A stretch of 63,379 nt of DNA, filler included, from Octopus bimaculoides (Eukaryota), in the NCBI RefSeq assembly GCF_001194135.2. It is 8 parts of 7 records of this genome, joined end to end, with 100 filler letters (N's around TTAATTAATTAA, not from the genome) between each part and the next. Parts side by side here need not be neighbours in the genome. Positions count along the whole stretch, not along the records: positions 14,734 to 27,947 come from NC_068984.1; positions 28,048 to 35,925 come from NC_068981.1; positions 36,026 to 51,051 come from NC_068989.1; 5 more parts are not named here. One strand, given 5' to 3'. Positions 25,039-38,330 of this stretch are shown here, in pieces. The notes under the pieces are model-generated. The model had not been told where the DNA came from. It did not search any database and saw only the letters and a program-made list of their open reading frames with translations. A program made the position numbers and the translations under genes. Each line of letters opens with the position of its first letter. The stretch's first letter is position 1.

Positions 25039-25247
25039 NNNNNNNNNNNNNNNNNNNNNNNNNNNNNNNNNNNNNNNNNNNNNNNNNNNNNNNNNNNNNN
25101 NNNNNNNNNNNNNNNNNNNNNNNNNNNNNNNNNNNNNNNNNNNNNNNNNNNNNNNNNNNNNNNNNNNNNNNNNNNNNNNNNNNNNNNNNNNNNNNNNNNN
25201 NNNNNNNNNNNNNNNNNNNNNNNNNNNNNNNNNNNNNNNNNNNNNNN

Positions 25248-25285
<38 letters not shown>

Positions 25286-25317
25286 ACACTCACACACACT
25301 AAAACACTCACACACAC

Positions 25318-25358
<41 letters not shown>

Positions 25359-26690
25359 CACACTAAAACACTCTTCCACACATACACTCACACCCACACA
25401 CACACACAGATATGTTGAAATGGCTTTGAATATTACTTGTTAGTACAACTACTGCGTTGATTTCTTAGAGAGATTTTAGAACTAGCATTTTTGCTTATAT
25501 ATGTATAGATATATGTGCTTCCATATTTATGTGTTAATGTGCATATACCTAAGTGCATATGTGTGCAGTTATCTATGCATGCATAAATTTCCGAAGAAGA
25601 TGAGAAGGATAAATATTACCTCTAGTAAGCTTAACTAGCTTTGAAAAAAAAATTTTAATCAAGGATTTGGTCAAAGTTAGGAACTTTACTATAGAAGTGT
25701 GCTGCTACAGTAGCATTTAAATTGGCCACATTCAACCCAAATAATTTGCCTGCTTTATGTTAAAAGTGGTCAGATCCAATGTCTCATATTTAGCCAACAC
25801 TATCACTCTGAACATAAAGTTTCATATCATTGAAATCCCACAGTTACGAGGTAATGCGTGATTAATTCCAAACAATGTGAATAAATAAGCATTGCATTTC
25901 ACAGAGTAATCTAATTCCTAAAGGGTTAACGATTCTATAGGGCCTATGCCGCAGAGGAAACTGTTCTTTAAGGGCCGATTGCATGGAAGCAAGTTGTATT
26001 GCAATGTAGACATGTACTGTAAATTGAATTTTCCTAGTAGGCAAATAGCACAGTATTCCAAATCTAAATGGCTTTTAAACTTGATATTAGCATCATTTAC
26101 ACAACGCTCATGATATATTTTCTTCTTTGGCGGAATTTGAACTGTAAAGAGCTGCAGAAAATGTCGCTAAGCATTTTGTCTGATGTGCTAACGATTTTTC
26201 CACCTTGTCGCCTAATAAAGTCAATTTTACATGAAACTGAAGGATTACTCAATAACCTTCGTGGAGTACATATCTATTATACATTTGTAAGAGTCGTGAC
26301 TGTGACTTCGAAGTTTCGGCCTGCTTGCCTCCATTGGATCGTGTACATACATACATACATACATACATACATACATACATACATACATACATACATACAC
26401 ACATGCACACAGACCCACACGCGCGCGCATGTAAATTGCATCTAGTTCTTCATGCTAAAGTTTACCGTGTTCTGAAAGGTATATAAAAAGAAGAAACCCA
26501 AGACAGCAAAATAACCGAAATAAACTGTTTTACAGCTACTAAATTGAATTCCGCCGAATGAGCGTTTATTTAAATACATTTATAAGGTATGGTTCGTTTT
26601 CCTGTTACAAACTATGTCATGCAGTGTATTGCATTCCAATTTCTGCTAAAAAAGAGAGAGAGAGGAAGAAGAAGAAGAAGAAGAAGAAGA

Positions 26691-26746
<56 letters not shown>

Positions 26747-27850
26747 AAGAAAGAAAGAGAAAGAGAGAAGGATAAAAGGATTGGGTGGTTATGTAAACGA
26801 TTGTTGTATTGACTGTACACAATTAATTATTTGGCAGCTTTCTTATTGTCATTTGTTCGTGGTGTATATATTTGTAATGTTCACTTATTCCTATCTCTAC
26901 TATTTTAGAAAGGCCGCTTTTATCATTCAATATTCAGAAGCTATCAGTCTGCTCTAATATTTAAGACGAGATATTAGTGAATTGATGCTTCTAACTCTTG
27001 AACGAGGCAATAACGTGACTAGTTACGTGCCGACGATATTTTTCCTTTAAGGTATTGTGATCTTCAAACCATAACATTTCCGTCATATTATGTGCGAGGC
27101 AATCTGTTAGTTGTTTGCAATCATGATTCATCACAACGATATTTGTCAATGTATTCATCCGCCGTCATAGTAAAACGTGTTTTGAATTTTTTTTGTTCGT
27201 TCTTATTTTCATCATTAGTTAGTTTCTATTGTCATTACACTTACTTTCGAATGAATCTAAATTAGCTGTTATAGACACTTTGTATAAATAATAATTTTTG
27301 GCAAGTGTTATTTATGAGTCAACCAACCTCTGTACAACTATATTATTGCTCTTATTTTATTACTAATGTAGTCACTTTAAAAAGATAACCTGATAAACAT
27401 GTTATTTTTATTTGTAAAAAAATTCTTGCGCTTTTATTTCTGTGATCATTCATAATATCTTCAATTCTCTGAAGGGTTTATAAAATATTTTATCTTTCTC
27501 ACCCTCATGTTAAAGGACTTTTGAACGATGCCCCTATTTAGTGATCAAACAAGCCTTTACAAGCAGGCGGTTTTGAGGCTATATTCAACGTCGTAGTCAA
27601 CCCATCGGTGGCTTTTGTGTGCATAGTAGAGATAAGGAAACCATAAGAAGTAAAGATTTATTCTTTTCTACTTTTATTAGCTTCAATCATTAAACGATGA
27701 TCAAGCTGGAACTCTTTGTCTTCAAGTGTTACAGTCGAGTTATTTTCACCCTAGTATTGTGACTGGAATATATATTTCGGATCTCGCAAAGTATTGTGAA
27801 ACAAATGTCTTATCCACATGACCATGCCTGCGCCTATGTATGTGTGTGCA

Positions 27851-27883
<33 letters not shown>

Positions 27884-27914
27884 ATGTATGAGTGTATACA
27901 TATAAGTATGTGTG

Positions 27915-27947
<33 letters not shown>

Positions 27948-28047
27948 NNNNNNNNNNNNNNNNNNNNNNNNNNNNNNNNNNNNNNNNNNNNTTAATTAAT
28001 TAANNNNNNNNNNNNNNNNNNNNNNNNNNNNNNNNNNNNNNNNNNNN

Positions 28048-28088
<41 letters not shown>

Positions 28089-30499
28089 CATATTGCTTTA
28101 ACATGTCTTTTTTATGCAGATATTTGTTGAACAGGACTATTTTTGCAGAAATCCTTTTACGACTTCAACAACTTCAGAAAAAACATCTCTATCTTGTGTC
28201 ATTTCATGTTAGACCCCAAATACGCAAACACTTGTTGCTAATCCACAAAATATTTCTTTGCAACCTGACCTGTAACAGAAAGATAAGAAAATTGTAACAG
28301 TAATCAACAAACAGTTAATACACACACAAATATAACCAACCATACACTACTTTTGTTGATGTCATAAGAATTTATAAACTTTGAGAGAATGTGAAATAAT
28401 TCTTTTAAAACATTGGATCATGAAGCAGATAGGCTACAAATTATTGTTTATAGCTTATATGTTTCATAATCCAACATTCCAAAATAGAATTGATACACTT
28501 CCTTATGTTGTATGGTACTACGGTCCATCTTTGAATGGTTCTGTTAGCATTTTAGTTTTTCTTTGAAAATAGCATATTTCCTTCTCAACTGTTCTACTTC
28601 CTGAAGGAGGCTGTGTGGTAAGAAAGCTTGCTTCCCAACCACATGGTTCAGGTTCTATCCTACTGTATGGCACCTTGAGCAAGTGTCTTCTAGTATAGCC
28701 TTGGGATGACCAAAGCCTTGTGAGTGGAACTAGTAGATGGAAACTGAAAGAAGCCTCTCGTATAAGTGTATATATATATATATATGTGTGTGTCTATCTT
28801 TGTGTCTGTGTTTGTCCCCTCACCATTATCACTGCTTGATAACCAGAGCTGGTGTGCTTTTAGTCCCTGTCACTTAGTGGTTCAGTAAAAGAGACAGATA
28901 GAATAAGTATCAGGCTTGAAACAAAAATAAATACTGGGATCACTACATTCAACTAAAATGTTTTCATAGTGGTGCCCCAGCATGGCCTTAGTCTAATGAC
29001 TAAAACAAGTAAAAGATACAAGTGATCCGCCTCATCTTTCTTACAGTAGAATGTAACTTACTCTGAGCGAGACAGACAGACAGGCAGACAGTACTTAACT
29101 TGTAATTTTATTTATTGATCCCTGGATGACAAAATATAAAGTTGGCTTTCATGGTATTTAAGTTCAGAATACAGAAAGCCAGAACAGATACAACAAAGCA
29201 CTCAATCCAATGCTCTACAGCCTTTGCCAATTCGCTACCTACATACTCAGTAGGGATAAAATCCAATTACTTATGTACAACTAAGGTGGTCTAACCACAT
29301 CATGTGGGGAAACAATTCTTCAATTAATTCTGACATATATTTGAATAACATAACAGTCATTTACACCAGTAAAAATATTTGGATTGAAGTAATTGATTAA
29401 ATGTCTTCTTTTCAAAGAAAGTAAATATTATGTATATACGTTATCGTATTTAAAGAAGAAGTCAATGTTTTTAATCTATATCATTGATAAAACTTTCTAG
29501 TCTTGATACATTTAGTGTTAAAATGAGAAGTAATGCTGATCGATCTATGGTTGTGTACTAGTATGACAGTTGAAAGTTATTAATATGGGCTAATTTTACG
29601 TTAAAAAGTGGAACATAAAATTTCATGCATTTTAGACCACCTTATGGTCCCAGTAGACAAAATGGAAAAGGTATTGCTCTGGAGGATAGTGAAAGACTTG
29701 CACTGGAACAGTCACTCCGACCTACAGGGCTAACACTTGCGGATGGCCTTCTCCATCCCGATAGTAGTGAGAAGGGATATGTTCGGGGTTGGGGGCTAAG
29801 AACGCTGGAGGTCTCCACTGTCAGAGAGTTTACTTGACAGTTTACTTCTCTCAGCCTGCCAAGCAGCAGAGACTGGGCTATTTTCAATGTTATATTTTGA
29901 GTACGTACAACTAGATGTTAATGTTGTCTTCTAGCTGTATTACAGATTTGCTTTCCTAAATCTTAATTCAGTATTGAGATTGGTTGTTATAAACCCATTA
30001 TCAATGAGTGTCATGAAGTAAACAGTGTGCTCCTAACAAGCCAATGATGCAAGTTTTACATCCTTATTGAAGCCCTTTTACTTTACTTACACTGTTGATT
30101 TATAGGGAACATCTTGAACATCTCACATTCAATGCTATAATTCTGCCACATTGTATTTATTAAAAAAAATTACAAATTTGATAAGAGTGATGTATGTCTT
30201 TTCATTTCTCACAATCTCAGTTTCAAATCTTGTCAGCAACACTTATATATCTCAGTCCTACTGGGATGAAAGGTAAACAGAACAAATAGGAATATACTTG
30301 ACTATACTTCCAGTAATTAAAGGCAAAAGAAAAATCTAAGAGAATTTCAATTCAGAAAAATGAGACACAAAAATAAATATGAATAGTACATTGACTAATT
30401 CTCTGTTGTCTGCTCCATCAAACTGTTAATACTAACTATTCTCTTTCAATTTCTCAAAACTGTTGACTAGTTTACATCTGTTGCATTTTAAAAAACAGC

Positions 30500-31690
30500 T
30501 TTCATAATATCTACTATATCGCTTGTCCCATAGCGTTTATGGTCCTTTACTGTACCATTCTACACCACATCATTTTCCATCAAGCTGGAACCTTGCACTA
30601 TCCACAATAAAAGTCTATATGGCTTACATTTTCATCTTATTGATAGCTGATCGAGTAGATGGCAGGTTTCATAAAGTTAGTGCAGCAAATAGTTATGTCA
30701 TCTACATGATACAACTCCAAGAGACTTGATCTATAGTCATTCTTTGTACCATATGCATGTACTTTGGATAACCATCATAGTGTTATCCAACATTTTAAAA
30801 GTCAGTAGCCATAATAACAACATTGCTGTGGTTCATTACTGAGATAGTCTACAAAACAATCAAATAGGCCCTTTTGTTAATCTCTTAACCGTTATTGTAG
30901 CGCATGTGCAGAGATCACTGTAGCTCTCATTGCTTATAACTAGTGTTACATACACTATCTCAGTTACTTTATCTCACCATTTCTCTGTACAATATGCTTA
31001 CACTACCCATTCCAACCCTGTTACCAATTCAGAAGAATCTGTATCTGTGAAGAATGTAAGACTCCATTCCATTTTCTTGTACACAGCACACATCTACTTC
31101 ACTCTGATTTAGCATCTCTACAATCTCTACTTTCATTATATCAACATTGATAATAACAGTTCCTTAGTGTTTAACCGGACAGAATAAGAACATTTTTTGG
31201 TGGTGGAGTTTTGGAGTTGTTTGATGCCCATCTCCTGCATCTTAAAGGAAGAAAAGGACTTAAATGCCCTTACTGTATTGTGTCACGTTTTATTCAGGTT
31301 ACTACTTTCTATGAGTTTATTTCATTGCAGTTTAAGGAGCCCAATCTCCAGCCAGCAAAATTTCATTTAAAGTTACTGCTCTCTAGTCAGATTGCCTTCA
31401 CTACAGCTGAAGAGCCATGTTTCTCCATTATGTTCCTAGAGGTACTCACAGTGTTCATAGAAGTGAGGAGAACTTTATAAGTCATAGGTGCTTAGTTCTA
31501 GGTCAACCACCATTGAGCTGGACAACAAAGGGCACAGTATTCAGGACTGTGGGGACTATCATATAGGAATCTCTTACTCTCATTGTCAGGATAACTGGAA
31601 TAATTACATTAATGGCAAGTAAGATATGGAGGGGACCCATCTTGTCACTGAGCAGACATATTTACTAGTTGGGACAGCATGTCTTCATAG
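30500..31690 (-). mobile_element. Highly decayed LINE RT remnant
   Basis: Minus frame ..SDKMGPLHILLAIN.. resembles the QGxxLGPLLFLIxIN motif; many stops. Confidence 0.3.
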
Positions 31691-33268
31691 CCTGAAATAT
31701 TAAGAGTGAGTGGGAAACAAAGAGAAGAAATATTTGTCAACGTAAAAAGTTAATTAACATTTTGATGAATAGTGATGAAGAAATAGATAATTATTCTCTT
31801 ATCTAAATTTTATGCCTCTGTTCTGCTATCCATAAACATCTTTGATGTCTCAAAATTTCACAGTTTGCTCCACAGATACACAAATAAAGAAATAATTGAC
31901 AAAAAACCCCAAAGAGTTGTCATAGCTTGAGGGTTTTGTGAATGAAGTATGTGCAGAAGAGAGAAAAAAAATTAACTAGAAAAGAAATATTCATCAATGA
32001 AAAAGTCAGTTGAGAGTTTGGTAAATTGTGATGGTATTAATAAACATTTCATGTTTGATATCCTATCTTCATTTCANNNNNNNNNNTATTGTAAAAACTA
32101 TATTTCTAGCAATGGATTCATAGAATTCAAATGAAGGTTTTGATATCTGTTCAGCAGGATGATAACTCTTGAAATCATCTCTCCATCTTGGTAATAGTTA
32201 TTGGAAACTTTCGTAAAAATGCTTGCTCACAAAGAGATATTAAGATTTTCTGTTAAACATATGAGAGTATAATTAGATATGTAAAAAAAAAAAAAAAAAC
32301 CAAAGGAAAGTTAAGAAAATGTTAAAAAAATTATTGTTATACACTTGTTACAATGATATAGAAGACTGCAGTTGAATATATATACATGTATATTAGTGGT
32401 GCTAATGTTGTAAACATTATCAACCACACATACTCAGTGTGTGCATTGCCTGTTCACCAGTAGGGATGACTCCCTCGAAGTGCCAGATGTTAAAACACCT
32501 GAAAGTCATAGACAGGCAAAATAACACACCCCAAATTCCATTCAGGAGCAATGGAAATTGAGATTTCACCGCTTTTGTGACTTATCAACATCACATACCT
32601 GAACCAAATCAGAGGGGAAAAGAATTGCTAATCTATGACAATATACAAATAGTATAAAAACCATTTGCTGGTATGCCACGATGATGTGTATGAAAGAATG
32701 AATTCAAATATGAATTAGAAGCAGCGCAAGTGTTGTAAATATTATTGACCGCACATACTAAATGCATGTGTCTTTCTTGTTTGATAGTAGGCTGCAGTTT
32801 AGCGTGGTGGGGATGACTCCATCTAAGTGTCAGGTGTTAACACACCTGAAAGTTATAGACAGGCGAGACAACTTGTTTCAAAGATATATATATATATATA
32901 TATATAAACACTCCCTTAAAAAATTATTTTTACTTTAACAAATAGAAACAGATAAACTCGATTAATTTTAAAAGTTTTAAAATAACGAGTAAAATGTTAT
33001 GAAATCCATGGCTGCATATGCTAATTATCAAAACTATTCTGTGAATACTAAGTAAAATAAGATTTTAAAGAAATTAAGAAGCAGCAGACAGAAAACACTG
33101 CAAGACTTTCTTCTGGTTTAAGTAACAAGCATTGTTGTATAAAGAGAGTTTACTTAGTACTATAAAAGATTAAAAAAGTAAAAGAAAATAGAAAAGAGGA
33201 ATGTCGNNNNNNNNNNNNNNNNNNNNNNNNNNNNNNNNNNNNNNNNNNNNNNNNNNNNNNNNNNNNNN

Positions 33269-33434
33269 TTGCAGAATTATGGGCCACATAGTCACTAACA
33301 CTGCCCAGTATAGTACGGCCTACAACTCCAAGCCCTCGGGTACCAGTTACAATTATGTTTGCTTTCTCTTCTTTTGAAGCAGCAATAATTGCTTCCTTGG
33401 GTTTGCCAGTGAGTCTTAGAACTTTGCCTTTAAT
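33269..33434 (-). CDS. Universal stress protein (USP/UspA domain), C-terminal exon (runs into gap)
   Basis: ttccag|IKGKVLRLTGKPKEAIIAASKEEKANIIVTGTRGLGVVGRTILGSVSDYVAHNSA: USP signature G-x2-G-x9-GS, followed by SDYVAH. Confidence 0.92.
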
Positions 33435-35038
33435 CTGGAACATAATGAGATAAAGAGAAATATAACTGAGATGTTAATGCTTAAAGAGAAATCTAGTTAT
33501 TCGAAAAGATGGAAGGGCATGAAAAAAAAGTTCACAAAATAGAGCAGAGCTTAAAAACTTTTCACGTTAGCGATATACTTTTTAAAAATAAAATATTTTG
33601 CAGTGCATTAATTAAATGTTGTTGGCATTATGAAACTAAGGAAATTAATAAATAAACAAATATCATTTCATGTGACATCAGTCACTTAATTCATAGTCAA
33701 AAACATTCATAAGAATTAACCAAATTTGACTTAATTTCAAAACACACTAGGATATTATCAGCGACATACCAAAGTGTGATGGCACACAATTTTGGAAATC
33801 TCTGAAATAGGGGAGAGACTTATAATTAATGCACTGATGCAAACATATGGCAAATTGAGGTAAACAACTATATTTTGCATTTATTTTGCATATCTGTCTA
33901 GGCCCAAGTCATTGGCCTGTGAGACTACAGGCCCAACACAAAACTTACTATTTCAACAGCCCCTCATGTTATGTTTGGCTTCTCCCATCTGTAGTCAAAG
34001 TTGAACAATACACAAGTGCATAGTCACTGAAATTTTTTTACTTACTGCATTCACTTTACAAGAAACTCCCTTGTTGCCTTGTGGTGTAGTTGAGAATCAT
34101 CATCATCAACCTTTAATGTCCATTTTCCATACTGGCATGGGTTGGATGACTTGACAGGAAGTGGCAAGGCCAGGGGCCACATCAGGTTTCATAGTCAGTT
34201 TTGGCTTGGTTTCTATGGCTGGATGCCTTTCCAAGTGCCAACCACTCCACAAAGTATACTGAGTGTTTTTTTATGTGGTACCATCACCAGTGCTTTCAAC
34301 ATGGCACCAGGACCAGTGCTTTTTATGTGGCACCAGTACCCACACCAAAGCTTTTTACATAGCACCTTGGTTTTAGGATCTCAATTCTGTTGTGGCAGAC
34401 AGGTGTTGATGTAATATGATTTATACAATGAATTGCCAGTCTATGACAATACAAATAGTGTAAAAACCATTTGCTGGTATGCCACAATGATGCATATGTA
34501 AGAATGAATTCAAATATGAATTAGAAGCAGTGCTAGTGTTGTAAACACTATTGATCACACATACTCAATCTGTGTGTTTTGCTTATTCACTGTGGATTAG
34601 TATATTATGTTATTTAGCCCCAGGCTGGTATTGATTGAGCAGACTTATTATCAAAGGTATTCCAGCCAGAACATCAGGTCTATTATTCAACTGGTACTAG
34701 ACTTTCCAATGTGTTCTACCTAGAAATAGCAGGCCAACTATGTAGATATCCCCTCATTGTTTTGTGTATGATAAACTATGGCGTATAATAGCATGGCATG
34801 TTAGGGTATCGTGATACAGTAGAATAAGGTGTAGTACAGTATGTAGTGTGAAATGAATCAGTGTAGTATGGTATAATATTGTATATAATAGTATCTCTGA
34901 AATACTTTGAGCAGTAACTAAAGAGAAGAAAGGTGAAGTTTGTCCTAACATGAACTGAACTCAAACATAGTACAGAACATGAACTAAGAGTCAATACTGT
35001 TTATATAAAAAATTATACTTTGGTATAGAGAGAGTGAA

Positions 35039-35368
35039 GGCGCATGGGTCAGTGGATAGGGTATCAGGCCCACAATCATGAGGTAGTGAGTTTGAATCCT
35101 GAACCAGGCTGTGTGTTGTGTTTTTGAGCATAACACTTTATTTCACATTACACCAGTTCACTCAGTTGTAGAAATGAGCTGCAACATCACTAGTGCCAAG
35201 CTTTATCAGTCTTTGCCATTCCCTTGGATAACATCAATGGCATGGAGAAGGGAGGCTGGTAAGCAAGGACAACTGCAGGTTTTCCATTAAGAACCTTGCC
35301 TGGACTTGTGCCTTGGAGGGTAACTTTCTAGGTGCAATCCCATGGTCATTCATGACTGAAGGGAGTCT
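35039..35368 (+). mobile_element. tRNA-derived SINE family E
   Basis: ggcgcatgggtcagtgg (A box)...gagtttgaatcctg (B box); partial inverted copy at about 7950-8125. Confidence 0.85.
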
Positions 35369-35545
35369 TTATACTTTGATAAGAATGTTGTTGAGTCTTC
35401 ATTTTTTAATGTAAAATGATCACAAGCAGTAAACAGCAGCAATCATGTAACCAGTTAAGTCTGACAATAGTAATTAATACTAGTTAACTATCCCTCTCGA
35501 TCAATATTATTTATTCTTCCTAAAAGTATTTAGTTGAGAACTTAC

Positions 35546-35640
35546 AGAGCTTTTCTTCAGAATTTCAGCAAATTTGGCAATGAGGTTTTGCACACCATCT
35601 TCAATTACTTTAAACTGTTTACTAATTGCAACAGAGTCAC
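35546..35640 (-). CDS. Universal stress protein (USP/UspA domain), internal exon
   Basis: tttttgaaatag|GTGACTCT...AAAAGCTCT|gtaagt, 95 nt, phase 1 to 0, (G)DSVAISKQFKVIEDGVQNLIAKFAEILKKSS; in frame with the 33434 exon. Confidence 0.8.
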
Positions 35641-36640
35641 CTATTTCAAAAAGAGAAAAAAATATATACATATATATTTTAGGAGAAGAAATTAGAGTTG
35701 GGTGGCAGATTTCACCTGATATCTAGTTTAGTACTACTTTGTATCTTGAGGGCTTTCAGCAGAATCCAATTTGTTGTATGCATTTAAACTAGGTCACCAG
35801 TTTGAGATTAACTTCCTTTGACCAGTGTCAAAGGCCCTGAAAAAAAAACTCCTTGACTATAATTGTTGACATATGAGAACAAGCAAGGATGTTAGTGTGT
35901 GTAAACTAAGATTTTTATAAATAAANNNNNNNNNNNNNNNNNNNNNNNNNNNNNNNNNNNNNNNNNNNNTTAATTAATTAANNNNNNNNNNNNNNNNNNN
36001 NNNNNNNNNNNNNNNNNNNNNNNNNATATATATACAGTATCTTACAGAAGAATGTACACCTCTAAAAATGTTCAGTACAATTGCTGCTGTTATAATATCG
36101 AAAGAAATGAAAGGCGGCGAACCGACAAATGTTAGCACGCCGGGCGAAATGCTTAGCGGTATTTCGTCTGTCTTCGACGTTCTGAGTTCAAATCGATTTT
36201 GCCTTTCATCCTTTCGGGGTCGATAAATTAAGTACCAGTTGCATACTGGGTCGATGTAATCGATTGGGCCCCTCGCCAACAATTCCGGGCCTAGTGCCTA
36301 GAGTAGAAAAGAGTATCGAAAGAAATGAAACGAAATTTATACTGAATAAAATGTATCATACATGCAAACATTATACTAATTTGGAACACATAACAATAAA
36401 CGTTTTCAAAGATATGAACGAAATATTAATTTTCAAACGTTACAAACATATGTACACCCTACAGGAAATTTGCTATAGTCAATATTTTATTCACTTTTTT
36501 TAAAATTAAATTCAGATATTGCTGATAATATCAATTCTAATAAATTATTTCTCCTACCACTTTGCACTATTCACTGTTATTGAATCTGCAGGAATTTTGA
36601 TTTGCGTACCATGGTGAAAATCTTCTTCATTGTGATTAAA

Positions 36641-37500
36641 ATGGCACCAAAAGGAAAAGAATTGTCTGAAGATCTGAAGAAATTATTTTCAATTTACACA
36701 AGGATGGTTTAGGATACAAGTTAATTAGTAAACAAATACATATTAGCGTAAACACAGTTGCCAAAGTAATTCAGAAGTATAAAACTACTGGACGGCTAAG
36801 CAATAAACATCGTCCAAGTTGTCCTTCTATTTTAACTGCGCGTTGCGTGATGGACGACAGGCGTCGTACCGCTTTATCTTTGGCCCAAGAAGTGACTTCT
36901 GTTAGTGGAAAGAGAGCATCTTCCCAAGCAGTTCGCCGAAGTTTGAATCAGTGTGGTCTTCATGGACGCTTTCCTCGTAAGAAGACTCTCCTCACTACCA
37001 GGCATAAATCAAGTTGTCTTTCTTTTGCCGAAACCTATGAGTGTAAGGGGAAGGAGTTTTGGAATAAAATTCTTTTTTCTGATGAGACTAAAATCAACAT
37101 GCTTGGGTCAGATGATATCAAACGAGTATGGCGACGACCAGGTGAAGATAAAAGCGACAAATGGACCGTGCCTGCTGTGAAACACGGCGGCGGAAGTGAT
37201 ATGCTTCGGGGATGCATGAGTGCAGCTGGTGTAAGAGGATTCACGTTTATTGAGAGAACAATGGATTCAAGGCTTTATTGTGACATATTGCAGTAAACAA
37301 TGTTGGAAAGCATCAAGGAACTAGGAAGACACATCATGTTCCAACATGATAATGACCCTAAACACACTTCAAAGACGACGACTAAGTTTTTATTAGATAA
37401 AAAGGTAAAGGTATTAACTTGGCCTACCATGTCACCTGATTTAAACCCAATAGAACATTGTGGGGTATCTTGAAAAGGAAGGTTGAGGAGAAAAATCCGC
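36641..37500 (+). mobile_element. Tc1 transposase pseudogene
   Basis: [53 protein letters not shown] (Tc1-type DDE triad) with frameshifts and stops. Confidence 0.92.
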
Positions 37501-38253
37501 AATGTAACACACTTCAAGTTCATCGGTTCTCATCGACATCATCGTCATTTAACGTTCACTTTTTCATACTTGCTTAGAATAGGCGGGATTTGTTGATGCA
37601 GACTTCCTATGACCAAACGCCCATCCTTACGCCACAGTTAGGTAATATTACCCCATGGCCAGATGCATTACATGGAAGACGGGAAACGAACAACGTAGTC
37701 TACATGATGACGTCAAAGGTACACACAAACATATACATGCATTTATATACACATACATGTATACATACACATATACATGTATACATACGCATACATGTAT
37801 AGATACACATACATGTATACATGCACATATATACATGCATGTATACATACAGAGAGAGAAGGCACTTCGTCGCTTACGACGTCGAGGGTTCCAGTTGATC
37901 CGATCAACGGAACAGCCCGCTCGTGAAATTAACGTGCAAGTGGCTGAGCACTCCACAGACACGTGTACCCTTAACGTAGTTCTCGGGGATATTCAGCGTG
38001 ACAGTGTGACAAGGTTGACCCTTTGAATTACAGGCACAACAGAAACAGGAAGATAGAGTGAGAAAAAGTTGTGGTGAAAGAGTACAGCAGGGTTCGCCAC
38101 CATCCCCTGCCATCCCCACCATCCCCTGCCATCCCCTGCCGGAGTTTTAGGTGTTTTCGCNNNNNNNNNNNNNNNNNNNNNNNNNNNNNNNNNNNNNNNN
38201 NNNNNNNNNNNNNNNNNNNNNNNNNNNNNNNNNNNNNNNNNNNNNNNNNNNNN

Positions 38254-38330
38254 NCTTACAGTTACGGTTTTAGGGTTAGGGTTAGGGTTTTAGAGTTACG
38301 GTTAGGGTTAGGGCTAGGGTTTTAGGGTTA
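38254..38330 (+). repeat. Interstitial telomere-like (TTAGGG)n variant array
   Basis: ttagggttagggttagggttttagagttacggttagggttagggctaggg, next to a gap. Confidence 0.7.

Noticed and set aside
26300-26340. Half hammerhead on minus: GGC-aagcag-GCC-GAAAC-TTCGAA-GTC
   Set aside because: Stems II and III and GUC are perfect, but CUGANGA is replaced by CAATGGA and stem I does not pair; at most a remnant.
35039-35110. tRNA gene candidates at SINE heads
   Set aside because: A/B boxes continue into SINE bodies and do not form complete cloverleafs; no tRNA, rRNA or CRISPR array is supported in the window.
36046-36086. 41-nt minus-strand segment as a missing USP exon
   Set aside because: It contains a stop in the frame required to join the phase-1 exon at 35640.
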